64,000 nt of DNA from Nitrospinales bacterium (lineage in GTDB: Bacteria > Nitrospinota > Nitrospinia > Nitrospinales > VA-1), in NCBI GenBank assembly GCA_965223795.1, contig CBDCXL010000002.1, positions 1,664,001 through 1,728,000 on the forward strand. The letters are read 5' to 3'. The notes under the pieces are model-generated. The model ran no database searches, was not told the DNA's origin, and worked only from the letters and a program-made list of their open reading frames with translations. This document shows, piece after piece, positions 9,494-18,844 of this stretch. A program made the translations under genes and the position numbers. Positions within the stretch are counted from its first letter, which is position 1, and each line of letters opens with the position of its first letter.

Positions 9494-12400
9494 ATGAAAA
9501 CCCCACATTTCGGGTGCGTTTTATTGCTGTTGTTTCTGCTGCTTCCGGTTGCTCCGGCGCTGCCGGAAACGAACCAAACCGACACCCGCGGGCACAAGGA
9601 ATTTTCCGTCCGCGATAAGAATGGAAAAAAAATCTGGCTTTATAAAGAAAGCCATGCCCTCGTCGTGGGGATCAGCGATTACCGCAAAGGCTGGCCCGAC
9701 ATTCCCGGAATCAAAAACGACATCCGGGCGGTTTCCGAAACGCTCAAAGACCAGGGCTTTCACGTCAAGGTCGTGGAAAACCCCAATCAGAGGGAACTGG
9801 AAGACGCCTTCCGCAATTTCATCCTCACGCACGGTCTCAAACCCGAGAACCGCCTTTTGTTTTATTTCGCCGGGCACGGCTACACCCACAAACCCAGCTA
9901 TGCGGTCAAGGATCCCGACGAATGGATGGGCTACATCGTGTCGCGCGACGCGCCGGACCCCAGGCAGGACCTGCCTGGTTTTTTCCGCCACGCCCTCAGC
10001 ATGCAGAACATGGAGGAGCTGGCTTTGAAGATCGAGTCCAAGCACGCGATCTTCGTGTTCGACAGCTGTTTTTCGGGTTCGGTGTTCGCTTTCAGCCGCG
10101 CCATTCCCAGGGACATCCGCGAGAGGACCTCCAAACCGGTGCGCCAGTTCATCACCGCCGGCAACGCCGACCAGCAGATTCCGGACATCAGTATTTTCCG
10201 CAGGCAGTTTGTCACCGCTCTGACGGGCGAGGGGGACAAGAACAAGGACGGATACCTGACCGGCACGGAACTGGGCATGTATCTTGAGGAAACGGTCACG
10301 AATCTGACACGCGGTTCGCAGACGCCGCAGTACGGGAAAATCCGCCACCGCAGGCTCAACAAGGGAGATTTCGTGTTTCCCCTGAAGGCCGTGACTGGAG
10401 ATAAGGTTGCTTCGAGCGGATCGTCCAGCAGTGAAGTCTCGGCGCTGGACAAGCTGTTGAGCGATGTCAAAAAGAAAATTTTCAAAAAGGAAGAGCGGCA
10501 AAAAAACATCGAAACGCATTTCGCCAAACTGCAGGAACTGGACAGCGTCGATGAGAGCCTGGTTTCCCGCAGCGTGAAGATCAAATCCTGGCAGGAGTTC
10601 ATCGACAAGTACCCCGAAGACAATCCCCGGATGGATGACGCCAACAAGCGAATTCGCGACCTGAAAGGCAGCGACAAGAGCAAGGAGGTGGAGAAACGTT
10701 ATCGTGAAATTCTTGCCAAGCAGGCAAAACTGGCGTCCCTGGACGAAAAAGCCAAACTGTGGGAAGACTTCATCGGTGCTTATCCGGACCGCAATCCGCA
10801 TTTGAAGGACGCGAAAAACCGCGTTCAGGAACTCAAAAAACAAAGCCGCCAGGAAGAAATCAAGAAACAGTATGCGCTGCTCGTGTCAAAGGAAGAAAAA
10901 GTGGATTCCCCGGATGAAAAGATCCGCATGTGGCAGGGATTCACGAAGAAGTATCCCGATCGCAATCCGCATCTGAAGGATGCGAAGGGACGGATGGACA
11001 ACCTGCGTCAGGAGAAAAAAATCCGCGACGAGTACGATCGTCTGGTCAAGCTGGATAAAAAGTCAGGTTCGTTTGAGGAAAAAGCGGAGCGCTGGAAAAA
11101 GTTCATCGATACGTATCCCGAAAACAACCCGCGTTTGAAAAACGCCAAGTCCAAGCAAAAAGCCTGGACGCAGAAACACCGGGAGAAAAACATCGAGGAG
11201 CAGGTGGCCAATATTTTATCGCTCGATAAAAAGAGCGCCACTCTCGAAGAGAAACTGGCGGCCTGGACGGGTTTTCTGACGCAGTTTCCGGAAAACAACC
11301 CGCGCGAGAAGTTCGCCCGCAATAAACTCAAGGCACTCAAAAAAGCGAAGGTGAAGCAGGAAAAGGACAAACTGGCCGCGGCACGGCAAAAAATGGAGGC
11401 GCAGCGCAAAGCCAATCAACTTAAAAAAGAACGTCTGGCAGAGGAACGCCGGCGCCTGGAACAACAGCGCAAGGCCGTGCTGGAAAAGAAAAAGAAGAAA
11501 AAAAATATAGAAGAGAAGGATAAGGTGGCCTCCAGGGAGCGGGTTTCCTCGACACGGAAACAAGCCCTGCCGCCTCCGGCAAAAGTGAGCGGCATGGTGC
11601 AGATTCCCACAGGGAAGTTTTACGGCGGCGAAGTGGGCTCCTTGAAACTGGTGAACACGGATTCGTTCTACATCGATGCGAAGGAAGTGACGCAACAGGA
11701 ATATGAAAAGGTGATGGGAAAAAACCCCTCTCACTTCAAAGGTCCGGACCGCCCGGTGGAACGGGTCACCTGGCACGAGGCGAAGCAGTACTGCGAGAAA
11801 CTCGGCAAGCGGCTTCCCAGAATGAATGAATGGGAAAAAGCGGCGCGCGCGGGAACCCGTACGCGGTTTTACTGGGGCGACCGTCTGGAAAAAAACAAAG
11901 CCAACTGCGAAGGCTGTGGCAGCCGCTGGGACGGACTGCAGACGGCGCCGGTCGGCAGTTTTTCGCCCAACCGGCTGGGTCTGTACGACATGGCGGGCAA
12001 TGTCTGGGAATGGATGGAAGAATCCCACGACGAGCTCAACAAGTACCTGCGCGGCGGTTCCTGGCTGGACGACACCACCCAGGTACAGCCCGACGGCACA
12101 TATTTCGTCAGGCCCGACAACCGCAGCTACGACATCGGCTTCCGCTGCGTCAGCGACCGCGCGCCTTCGCCCAACCAGAAAGTGGCTTCTCTGGAGCCGG
12201 CGCGTGTCTCTTCCGGAACGGAGTCTGCCGGCGGCAAGTACAAGGGCATGGTCCGGGTACCCTCCGGTCAGTTCTACGCTGGCGAGGTGGGTTCCTTAAA
12301 ACCCAGGAGCACGAAATCGTTTTACATCGATGTGAAGGAAGTGACGCAACAGGAATACGAAAAGGTGATGGGCAAAAACCCTTCTCATTTCAAAGGCCCG

Positions 12401-12811
12401 GACCGCCCGGTGGAGCGGGTCACCTGGTACGAGGCAAAGGAGTACTGTGAGAAGCTGGGTAAACGGCTTCCGACCATGGCGGAATGGGAAAAGGCGGCGC
12501 GGGGCGGCACCGGCACGCGGTTTTACTGGGGCGATCAGCTTGGCAACAACAAGGCGAACTGCGATGGCTGCGGCAGCCGCTGGGACGGGCGGCAGACGGC
12601 TCCGGTCGGCAGTTTCCCGCCCAACCCGCTGGGTCTGTACGACATGGCGGGCAATGTGTGGGAATGGGTGAACGGGGCGCACGACAATTTAAACAAATAC
12701 CTGCGCGGTGGTTCCTGGCTGGACGATTCGAGCAATGTGCAGACGGACGGGACCTACTTCGTGCGTCCGGACAATAAAAGTTACGACATCGGTTTTCGCT
12801 GCGCGAAATGA
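9494..12811 (+). CDS. Exported caspase-family (peptidase C14) protein with helical repeats and two FGE-sulfatase (SUMF1/C-type-lectin fold) domains
   Basis: Signal peptide; ALVVGISDY; FYFAGHG (His) and VFDSCFSG (Cys) dyad; QTPQYG; two domains with PVERVTW, RLP..EWEKAAR, GLYDMAGNVWEW, RGGSW, IGFRC. Confidence 0.9.
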   Translation: MKTPHFGCVLLLLFLLLPVAPALPETNQTDTRGHKEFSVRDKNGKKIWLYKESHALVVGISDYRKGWPDIPGIKNDIRAVSETLKDQGFHVKVVENPNQRELEDAFRNFILTHGLKPENRLLFYFAGHGYTHKPSYAVKDPDEWMGYIVSRDAPDPRQDLPGFFRHALSMQNMEELALKIESKHAIFVFDSCFSGSVFAFSRAIPRDIRERTSKPVRQFITAGNADQQIPDISIFRRQFVTALTGEGDKNKDGYLTGTELGMYLEETVTNLTRGSQTPQYGKIRHRRLNKGDFVFPLKAVTGDKVASSGSSSSEVSALDKLLSDVKKKIFKKEERQKNIETHFAKLQELDSVDESLVSRSVKIKSWQEFIDKYPEDNPRMDDANKRIRDLKGSDKSKEVEKRYREILAKQAKLASLDEKAKLWEDFIGAYPDRNPHLKDAKNRVQELKKQSRQEEIKKQYALLVSKEEKVDSPDEKIRMWQGFTKKYPDRNPHLKDAKGRMDNLRQEKKIRDEYDRLVKLDKKSGSFEEKAERWKKFIDTYPENNPRLKNAKSKQKAWTQKHREKNIEEQVANILSLDKKSATLEEKLAAWTGFLTQFPENNPREKFARNKLKALKKAKVKQEKDKLAAARQKMEAQRKANQLKKERLAEERRRLEQQRKAVLEKKKKKKNIEEKDKVASRERVSSTRKQALPPPAKVSGMVQIPTGKFYGGEVGSLKLVNTDSFYIDAKEVTQQEYEKVMGKNPSHFKGPDRPVERVTWHEAKQYCEKLGKRLPRMNEWEKAARAGTRTRFYWGDRLEKNKANCEGCGSRWDGLQTAPVGSFSPNRLGLYDMAGNVWEWMEESHDELNKYLRGGSWLDDTTQVQPDGTYFVRPDNRSYDIGFRCVSDRAPSPNQKVASLEPARVSSGTESAGGKYKGMVRVPSGQFYAGEVGSLKPRSTKSFYIDVKEVTQQEYEKVMGKNPSHFKGPDRPVERVTWYEAKEYCEKLGKRLPTMAEWEKAARGGTGTRFYWGDQLGNNKANCDGCGSRWDGRQTAPVGSFPPNPLGLYDMAGNVWEWVNGAHDNLNKYLRGGSWLDDSSNVQTDGTYFVRPDNKSYDIGFRCAK
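10589..11340 (+). repeat. Five ~57-aa protein repeats W-x2-F-x3-[YF]P-x2-NP-x4-A
   Basis: Trp codons at 10589, 10760, 10931, 11093 and 11264 (spacing 171, 171, 162, 171 nt). Confidence 0.85.
11594..12802 (+). repeat. Intragenic tandem duplication of the FGE domain (11594-12148 and 12248-12802)
   Basis: Two collinear 555-nt copies with no indels; about 80% amino-acid identity by manual alignment. Confidence 0.95.
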
Positions 12812-12854
12812 TTGTTCAACCCGCTCTTAAAGGAGCGTCTGTGATGAGGAGGCC

Positions 12855-13103
12855 ATGGCGGAGATCAAGTTTGAAAAGGCGATGAAGCGGCTGGAGCAGA
12901 TTGTCGAGGAGCTGGAAAAAGGCGAGCTGGATATCGACAAATCGCTTGAAATTTTCGAAGAGGGCATCAAGATGTCCCGAGTCTGCTCGAAAAAGCTCAA
13001 TGAAGCGGAAGCGAAGATCGAAAAACTGACCGAGGACAAAAAGGGGGAGTTGATCACGGAATTGTTTCCTGTTGAAGAAGAGGACCATGACGCCCCCGAA
13101 TAA
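12855..13103 (+). CDS. xseB: Exodeoxyribonuclease VII small subunit
   Basis: FEKAMKRLEQIVEELEKGELDIDKSLEIFEEG; GAGGAGG RBS. Confidence 0.97.
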   Translation: MAEIKFEKAMKRLEQIVEELEKGELDIDKSLEIFEEGIKMSRVCSKKLNEAEAKIEKLTEDKKGELITELFPVEEEDHDAPE

Positions 13104-13883
13104 AAAAATACGCCTCGATCAGCTGCTGGTAAAAAAAAACTCTCCACCTCCCGGGAGCAGGCGCAGGGACTGATCCTTTCCGGCAAGGTGAAGGTCGACG
13201 CCGTCCCGGCTGATAAGCCGGGATCGCGTGTTCCGGAAGACAGCCTGGTGGAGGTGTCCGGCCCGGTTCATCCATATGTGAGCCGCGGCGGTGTCAAGCT
13301 GGCGCATGCGCTGGAACAGTTCGGGGTTTCACCGGAAGGCACGACCGCCCTTGATATCGGTGCTTCCACGGGAGGGTTTACCGATTGTCTTTTGCAGCGC
13401 GGCGCCCGCTGTGTGTATGCGGTGGACGTCGGTTACGGGCAGCTCGACTGGAAGCTGCAGAACGATTCCCGGGTCGTGCGCCTTGACCGCACCAACGCCC
13501 GCTATCTTTCCCGTAAGGATTTTAAGACCCCCGCCGATCTGGCTGTGGTCGACGTTTCCTTCATTTCCTTAAAACTCATCCTTTCTCCGGTGTTTGATCT
13601 ATTAAATCCGCAAGGCGACTGCGTCGCTCTCGTCAAGCCTCAGTTCGAAGTGGGCAAAGAGGACGTGGAGGGCAAGGGCATCATCAAAGATCCGCAGAAG
13701 CATTTGCGCGTGCTGTTGGGGTTGCACGCGTTTGTCGAGAAGCTGGGGGGGAGCGTGCTCAACGTGACCCGCTCTCCGGTTTTGGGGCAAAAAGGCAATC
13801 GTGAATTTTTCCTTCACTGCACGCCGCGAAAACGCGGGGCTTCTCTGTCCGAAGCGCGCATTCGTGAAGCCGTGCTTTCCTGA
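13087..13883 (+). CDS. tlyA: TlyA family rRNA 2'-O-methyltransferase/hemolysin, frameshifted at an A9 tract (13131-13139)
   Basis: ATG 13087 reads MTPPNKKIRLDQLLVKK; the -1 frame continues LSTSREQAQGLILSGKV...YVSRGGVKL, DIGASTGGFTD, DVSFISL, LVKPQFE, GNREF. Confidence 0.9.
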
Positions 13884-13910
13884 AGCAGACACATTTTTAA
13901 AGGAGCGTCC

Positions 13911-14498
13911 ATGATCCTGAGCGGCACCGACATTTTGAGTGTGGTTGAGAAGGGATTGTTCGTGATCGAGCCCAAGCCGGAGGCGGATCAGATCGACGCC
14001 ACGGCGGTCGATCTGCGCATGGGAACCTCTCTGTGGCTTTGGGACAAGGAGGCGATTCAGCGGGGCGGCGACGCGAGGGATGGAAAACCGGTGTGCGTCG
14101 ATGTGGACCGCATGGAGTATCAGGCGCTCACGGAACGGTATTTAAAGGAAGTGAAGCCCGATTCCGCGGGCAAGTACGTGATCGAGCCGGAGCGGGTGTA
14201 CCTGGCTTCGACTTATGAAAAGGTGGCACTTCCCACAGGCTCCAAGCTGGCGGCGCGCATCGAGGGGAAAAGCAGTCTGGCCCGGCTGGGGCTGGCGGTG
14301 CACATCACCGCGCCCACCATCCACTGCGGCACCGGGCTCGGCATCATCACACTGGAAATGTTCAACCAGGGACCGTTTTCGCTGGCCATGACGCCGGGGG
14401 CATCCAGGATCTGCCAGCTCATTCTGGAGCAGGTGTCGAGCGAACCGGAACAGCGCACCGGGCGCACCTTCATGGATCAGAAGACGCCGAAGGGCTGA
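13911..14498 (+). CDS. dcd: dCTP deaminase (dUTPase-like trimeric fold)
   Basis: MILS..DI, VDLR, EGKSSLARLGL, ITLE, RICQL; AAGGAG RBS. Confidence 0.85.
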   Translation: MILSGTDILSVVEKGLFVIEPKPEADQIDATAVDLRMGTSLWLWDKEAIQRGGDARDGKPVCVDVDRMEYQALTERYLKEVKPDSAGKYVIEPERVYLASTYEKVALPTGSKLAARIEGKSSLARLGLAVHITAPTIHCGTGLGIITLEMFNQGPFSLAMTPGASRICQLILEQVSSEPEQRTGRTFMDQKTPKG

Positions 14499-14520
14499 GA
14501 AGGCGGAGCGTTTCGCGGAA

Positions 14521-14955
14521 TCAAATTTCGTCCTTGTACACGATGAAACTGTCCACAGGGTACACCAGGTGGGATTCGCCCCACTGGCCTTCCGCGTTCA
14601 GGTCCCAGGCCGATTCGTCTTCGAGAAATTTCATGCGGATGCCGCCGCTGCCGCCATAGATGAGCAGGGCGACGCCGTCGCCGGATTCTTCCACCTGGCA
14701 GGCATGAGCGGGACAGGGGCCGTTGGTTTGCAAGTCCCAGCCGGTTACCTGCACCGGCTGATCCTCGATGCCGCGGCGGTATTTGATGCAGAAAACTTCG
14801 CGCGCCGGAGACACGTCGCGGTAGAGCATGCTGAAGCTGTTTTCGGTGTTGGGGTTCGATTCCACTTCCAGATACATGGCGTTGCCCTGAGCGTTCGCGT
14901 TGCGCTGATGCCTATGCGGGTTGATAAAAAACATCATAGCATTGGCGGCGTTCAT
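14521..14955 (-). CDS. Hypothetical acidic protein
   Basis: Only plausible ORF between dcd and the HD-GYP gene; no motif recognised; the start may be ATG 14877. Confidence 0.65.
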   Translation of the reverse strand: MNAANAMMFFINPHRHQRNANAQGNAMYLEVESNPNTENSFSMLYRDVSPAREVFCIKYRRGIEDQPVQVTGWDLQTNGPCPAHACQVEESGDGVALLIYGGSGGIRMKFLEDESAWDLNAEGQWGESHLVYPVDSFIVYKDEI

Positions 14956-15051
14956 TCCCTATTGGAAATTCCGTGTGCGTCTTTACGGGAGCGTTGAAAC
15001 AGAAGGAGTTCGGCGGGGAGAAACGGACTGTGAGGGCGCTAAATCGGTGAC

Positions 15052-16029
15052 TCAGCCGCCGGCGAAGGCTTTGATGTAATCGATGAAAATGCGGCTGTCG
15101 AACTGCCCGTTCATTTTGGTTTTCATTTCCTTGAGCGCTTCGAAGGGCGAGAACGAGGGCCGGTGCTCGCGTTTGCAGACCAGTGCGTTGAACACATCGG
15201 AAATGGTGCAGATTCTGGCGACGTAGCTGATCTTTTCCCCAGTCAGGCCGAAGGGATAGCCGGAGCCGTCGAATTTTTCATGATGCTCCATGGCCATGTT
15301 CAGGATGCCGGGGCTGAAACACTTCATGTCGTTGAGCACTTTTTTCCCGGCCGAAGGGTGTTTGCGGATGAACTGCCATTCCTCCGGCGTCAGCTTTCCC
15401 TTTTTCTCCAGCACTTCATCCGGGATCGTCTTTTTGCCGATATCGAACAGCATCCCTCCCAATCCGAGGTCCTGAATGGCGCGGGTTTCCAGTTTGAACT
15501 TGCAGCCCAGAAAGAGGTTGTACAGCCCTGTGTTGGCGCAATGGGAGTGATGGTTGTTTTCGCGCACGGTCAATTTGAAGATATCCTTGGATTCCATGCC
15601 GCCCAACGCGATGCAGGTCTGCATGATGTTGACGACATCGCCCAGGGAACGCAGGATGCGGGAGGAGCCGATGCTCTCGAAATACTCGCGCAGGATCATC
15701 CGGGCGACCTCATAACTGTCCTTGAGGATTTTTTCGTACGGCTGTTCCTGGGAGAGACTCTGATTGAGATTGTCGATCAGAAAATCGCGGTAATAGCGGA
15801 TCAGGTCGTTTTCGTGGATGAACAGAGTCTGGTGGCTGTCCGATTCCAGCAGTTTGCGGATCCGCAACCGGGTTTCGGGGGTGTAGCTGGCGAACTTCAA
15901 GAACTGGGGTTCGCGTTCGCTCTTGTCGAGACGATAATAAAGCTCAAAGCCGATCTCCGGCCCGGCCCGCCAGGCTTTGTCGAGGAAGCCGCGGTTGATT
16001 TCCCGGTAATATTGACTGATCGAATCCAT
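15052..16029 (-). CDS. HD-GYP domain protein with degenerate HD motif
   Basis: LFDIGK (instead of HDIGK), K.GKLT.EEW..IRKHP, EHHEKFDGSGYP, ARICTISDVFNAL, GQFD. Confidence 0.9.
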   Translation of the reverse strand: MDSISQYYREINRGFLDKAWRAGPEIGFELYYRLDKSEREPQFLKFASYTPETRLRIRKLLESDSHQTLFIHENDLIRYYRDFLIDNLNQSLSQEQPYEKILKDSYEVARMILREYFESIGSSRILRSLGDVVNIMQTCIALGGMESKDIFKLTVRENNHHSHCANTGLYNLFLGCKFKLETRAIQDLGLGGMLFDIGKKTIPDEVLEKKGKLTPEEWQFIRKHPSAGKKVLNDMKCFSPGILNMAMEHHEKFDGSGYPFGLTGEKISYVARICTISDVFNALVCKREHRPSFSPFEALKEMKTKMNGQFDSRIFIDYIKAFAGG

Positions 16030-16139
16030 GATTTGTGCGCTGAAAATGGAATGCCCGTGGTTCCCGGAAACGGCGCGGGCCCCATCCCATCCTGAAATTG
16101 AGATATATTCCCTTTTCGGAATAATCTATTTTTTCTTTA

Positions 16140-16166
16140 ATATCGGTAAAATTTTTATATACTTTT
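16140..16166 (-). promoter_or_regulatory. Candidate sigma-28 (FliA) promoter for the HD-GYP gene
   Basis: Minus strand reads AAAAGTAT-N11-ACCGATAT, against consensus TAAAGTTT-N11-GCCGATAA. Confidence 0.5.
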
Positions 16167-16335
16167 TCAATATTAGTAATATTTTATTGTAAAACACGCA
16201 AAAAATCAAGCATTTAGCGGGGCGGACCCGGCTTCGAGTTTTTGCTGGCGAATCCGTTGATTTATGCTTAAATGAAGCCCGCAAAATGGAGATTTAACTG
16301 CCAATATGCGAAGAATTTCAGGGAGATCGTGAATC

Positions 16336-17088
16336 ATGCAGAAACTGGTGTTGCTGCGGCACGGCCAGAGCCAATGGAATCTGGAAAACCGGTTCACAGG
16401 CTGGACGGATGTGGACCTCACTGCCGAGGGGCAGCGGGAAGCGGGCAATGCCGCCCAGCTGCTCAAGGAGGCGGGCTACACCTTCGATGTGGCCTACACT
16501 TCGGTGTTGAAGCGGGCGATCCGGACGCTGTGGATCGTGCTCGACGGCATGGATCTGATGTGGATTCCGGTGCACCGTTCCTGGCGGCTGAACGAGAGGC
16601 ATTACGGCGGCTTGCAGGGGCTCAACAAGGCGGAAACCGCCGAGAAGCACGGTGAAGACCAGGTATTGATCTGGCGGCGCAGCTATTCCACACCGCCGCC
16701 TGCCCTGCCCGACGGCGACGAGCGGCTGCCGGACAAAGACCCCCGTTACGCCGGCCTGCCCGCCCGGGATCTGCCGCGCACGGAGGCGCTCTCCCACACG
16801 GTGGAGCGGTTTCTGCCCTACTGGTTCGACACCATCGTTCCCATGCTGAAAACCGGCAAAAAGGTGCTGATCTGCGCGCACGGCAACAGCCTGCGGGCGC
16901 TGGTCAAGCACCTGGACGGCATCTCGGAAGAGGAGATCGTCGGGCTCAACATTCCCACAGGCATTCCCCTGGTCTACGAGCTGGATGCGGATCTGAAGCC
17001 GATCACTCATTATTATCTGGGAGATCCGGAGGCGGCGAAGAAAGCCGCGGAGCAGGTCGCCAAACAGGCGGGAGGCGGTTCCGGTTAA
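16336..17088 (+). CDS. gpmA: 2,3-BPG-dependent phosphoglycerate mutase
   Basis: [32 protein letters not shown]. Confidence 0.98.
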   Translation: MQKLVLLRHGQSQWNLENRFTGWTDVDLTAEGQREAGNAAQLLKEAGYTFDVAYTSVLKRAIRTLWIVLDGMDLMWIPVHRSWRLNERHYGGLQGLNKAETAEKHGEDQVLIWRRSYSTPPPALPDGDERLPDKDPRYAGLPARDLPRTEALSHTVERFLPYWFDTIVPMLKTGKKVLICAHGNSLRALVKHLDGISEEEIVGLNIPTGIPLVYELDADLKPITHYYLGDPEAAKKAAEQVAKQAGGGSG

Positions 17089-17139
17089 ACTTGGTGCAGG
17101 CCGTGGGCGCTGTGAGTGGTGTGAATCCGGGCCGGCGGT

Positions 17140-18834
17140 TCAGTCTTTGATCATCTGCTCGGCGTGCTTGAGCGTCACGTCGGTGATCTTCTCTCCACCG
17201 GACATGCGGGCGATTTCCCGTACGCGCTGTTCGTGGTCGAGCCGTTCTATTACTGAATGGGTGCGCTTGTCCTTCACGGTTTTCTGCACCCGGTAGTGGG
17301 CCGAGGCCATGCCGGCGATCTGCGGCAGGTGCGTGATGCAGAACACCTGCTTGCCGCGCGCGACTTTCCTGAGCTTGATCCCCACCTTTTCCGCCACGTT
17401 GCCGCCGATGCCCGTGTCCACTTCATCGAACACCATGACCGGAACCGGGTGTTGCTCGTTGAGCGTGGATTTCAAGGCCAGCATCACGCGGGACAGTTCG
17501 CCGCCGGAAGCGATTTTCGCCAGCGGCCTGAGCTGCTCGCCGGGGTTGGGGGAAAACAGAAACTCCATGCTGCCGATGCCGGTGGGATGCAGGCGGACCC
17601 GTTGTTCGCGGAAGTGCACGCAGCCTTCCGGATCGGGTTCGTACTCGAAACGGACGCCGAAACGCACCTGGGTCATGTTCAGATCCTTGAGTTCCTTTTC
17701 CACTTTTTTCTGAATTTCCTTGGCGGTGCGTTCGCGTTCGCGCGCCAGCTCCACCGCCTGTTGTTCCAGTTCGCTTTCTTTTTCGGCGATCGATTCTTTA
17801 AGCCGGTTCTGGGTTTCTTCGCTGCCGGAAAACGTTTCCAGTTCTCCGGCCAGGGCATCGCGGCGTTTTAAAATCTCGGGCACGTCGGCGCCGTATTTGC
17901 GTTTCAAGCCGTTGATCTCGGCAAGGCGGTCCTCGATCTCTTCCAGGCGGGCCGGGTTGAATTCGATGGTGCGGCGGTAGGCTCGGGTCTCTTCCAGCAG
18001 TTCCTCCACTTCAAAATAGGCGTTTTGCGCCCGCTCGGACGGCTTGTTGAGCGTGCTGTCGACGGCGGCGCAGGCCTCCAGCTCGCGCTGCACCTTGCGC
18101 AGTAATTCGAGCACCGAACCGTCCGCGTCGGCGAGCAGCGCCTGAGTGGATTCCAGGCCGCGGGACAGTTTCTCCGCGTGCAGCAGCCGGTTTTTCTCGG
18201 CTTTGAGTTCCTCCTCCTCGGAGGGGCCGAGACCGGCGTTGTCGATTTCGGCGAGCTGGAACTTGAGAAATTCCTCTTTTTGCAACCGGTCGCGCTCGCT
18301 GGCCTGAAGCTCCTGGAGGCGCTTGCGATCCGCCTGCCAATCGGCGTGCAGCCGCGCGAGGGTTTCCTTGGCGGCCACGGTTTTGCCGCACTGATCCAGA
18401 AGTTCGAGGTGGGTTTCCGTGCGCAGCAGGGCCTGGTGATCGTGCTGGCCGTGGATGTCCACCAGCCGCTGGCCGATCTTCGCCAGCGAGGCGAGGGTGA
18501 GGCTGCTGTCGTTGACGAAGCAGCGGGTCTTCCCGGCGTGGGAGAGCGTGCGCTTGATCAGGATCTCGCGGTCGTTTGCCTCGATGCCCAGCTCGTTGAG
18601 CAGGCGCAGTAAAATTTCATCTTCGGTGTGAAACAGGGCTTCCACGGAAAGGGACGTCTCGCCGGAGCGGATCGCGTCCTTATCGCCGCGGCCTCCGAGG
18701 ATGAGGTTTAAGGCGTCGATCAGGATGGATTTACCCGCTCCGGTTTCTCCGGTCAGGACGTTGAGGCCGGGCAGGAATTCCACGCGCAGTGTGTCGATGA
18801 TGGCGAAATGAGTGATGTGGATTTCTTTGAGCAT
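17140..18834 (-). CDS. recN: DNA repair protein RecN
   Basis: TGETGAGKSI, IHGQHD, ASGGELSR, FDEVDTG, ITHLPQIA. Confidence 0.98.
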   Translation of the reverse strand: MLKEIHITHFAIIDTLRVEFLPGLNVLTGETGAGKSILIDALNLILGGRGDKDAIRSGETSLSVEALFHTEDEILLRLLNELGIEANDREILIKRTLSHAGKTRCFVNDSSLTLASLAKIGQRLVDIHGQHDHQALLRTETHLELLDQCGKTVAAKETLARLHADWQADRKRLQELQASERDRLQKEEFLKFQLAEIDNAGLGPSEEEELKAEKNRLLHAEKLSRGLESTQALLADADGSVLELLRKVQRELEACAAVDSTLNKPSERAQNAYFEVEELLEETRAYRRTIEFNPARLEEIEDRLAEINGLKRKYGADVPEILKRRDALAGELETFSGSEETQNRLKESIAEKESELEQQAVELARERERTAKEIQKKVEKELKDLNMTQVRFGVRFEYEPDPEGCVHFREQRVRLHPTGIGSMEFLFSPNPGEQLRPLAKIASGGELSRVMLALKSTLNEQHPVPVMVFDEVDTGIGGNVAEKVGIKLRKVARGKQVFCITHLPQIAGMASAHYRVQKTVKDKRTHSVIERLDHEQRVREIARMSGGEKITDVTLKHAEQMIKD

Positions 18835-18844
18835 GGAGACTTCC

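Noticed and set aside
11594..12811. Possible diversity-generating retroelement (FGE/CLec domains are typical DGR targets, and the two copies could be a VR/TR pair)
   Set aside because: Both copies are in-frame full domains; differences involve all bases and are often synonymous rather than adenine-specific; no reverse transcriptase or avd gene in the window.
13911..14498. Anti-phage dCTP deaminase
   Set aside because: It has the dUTPase-like Dcd fold, not the kinase plus zinc-dependent deaminase architecture of defence enzymes.
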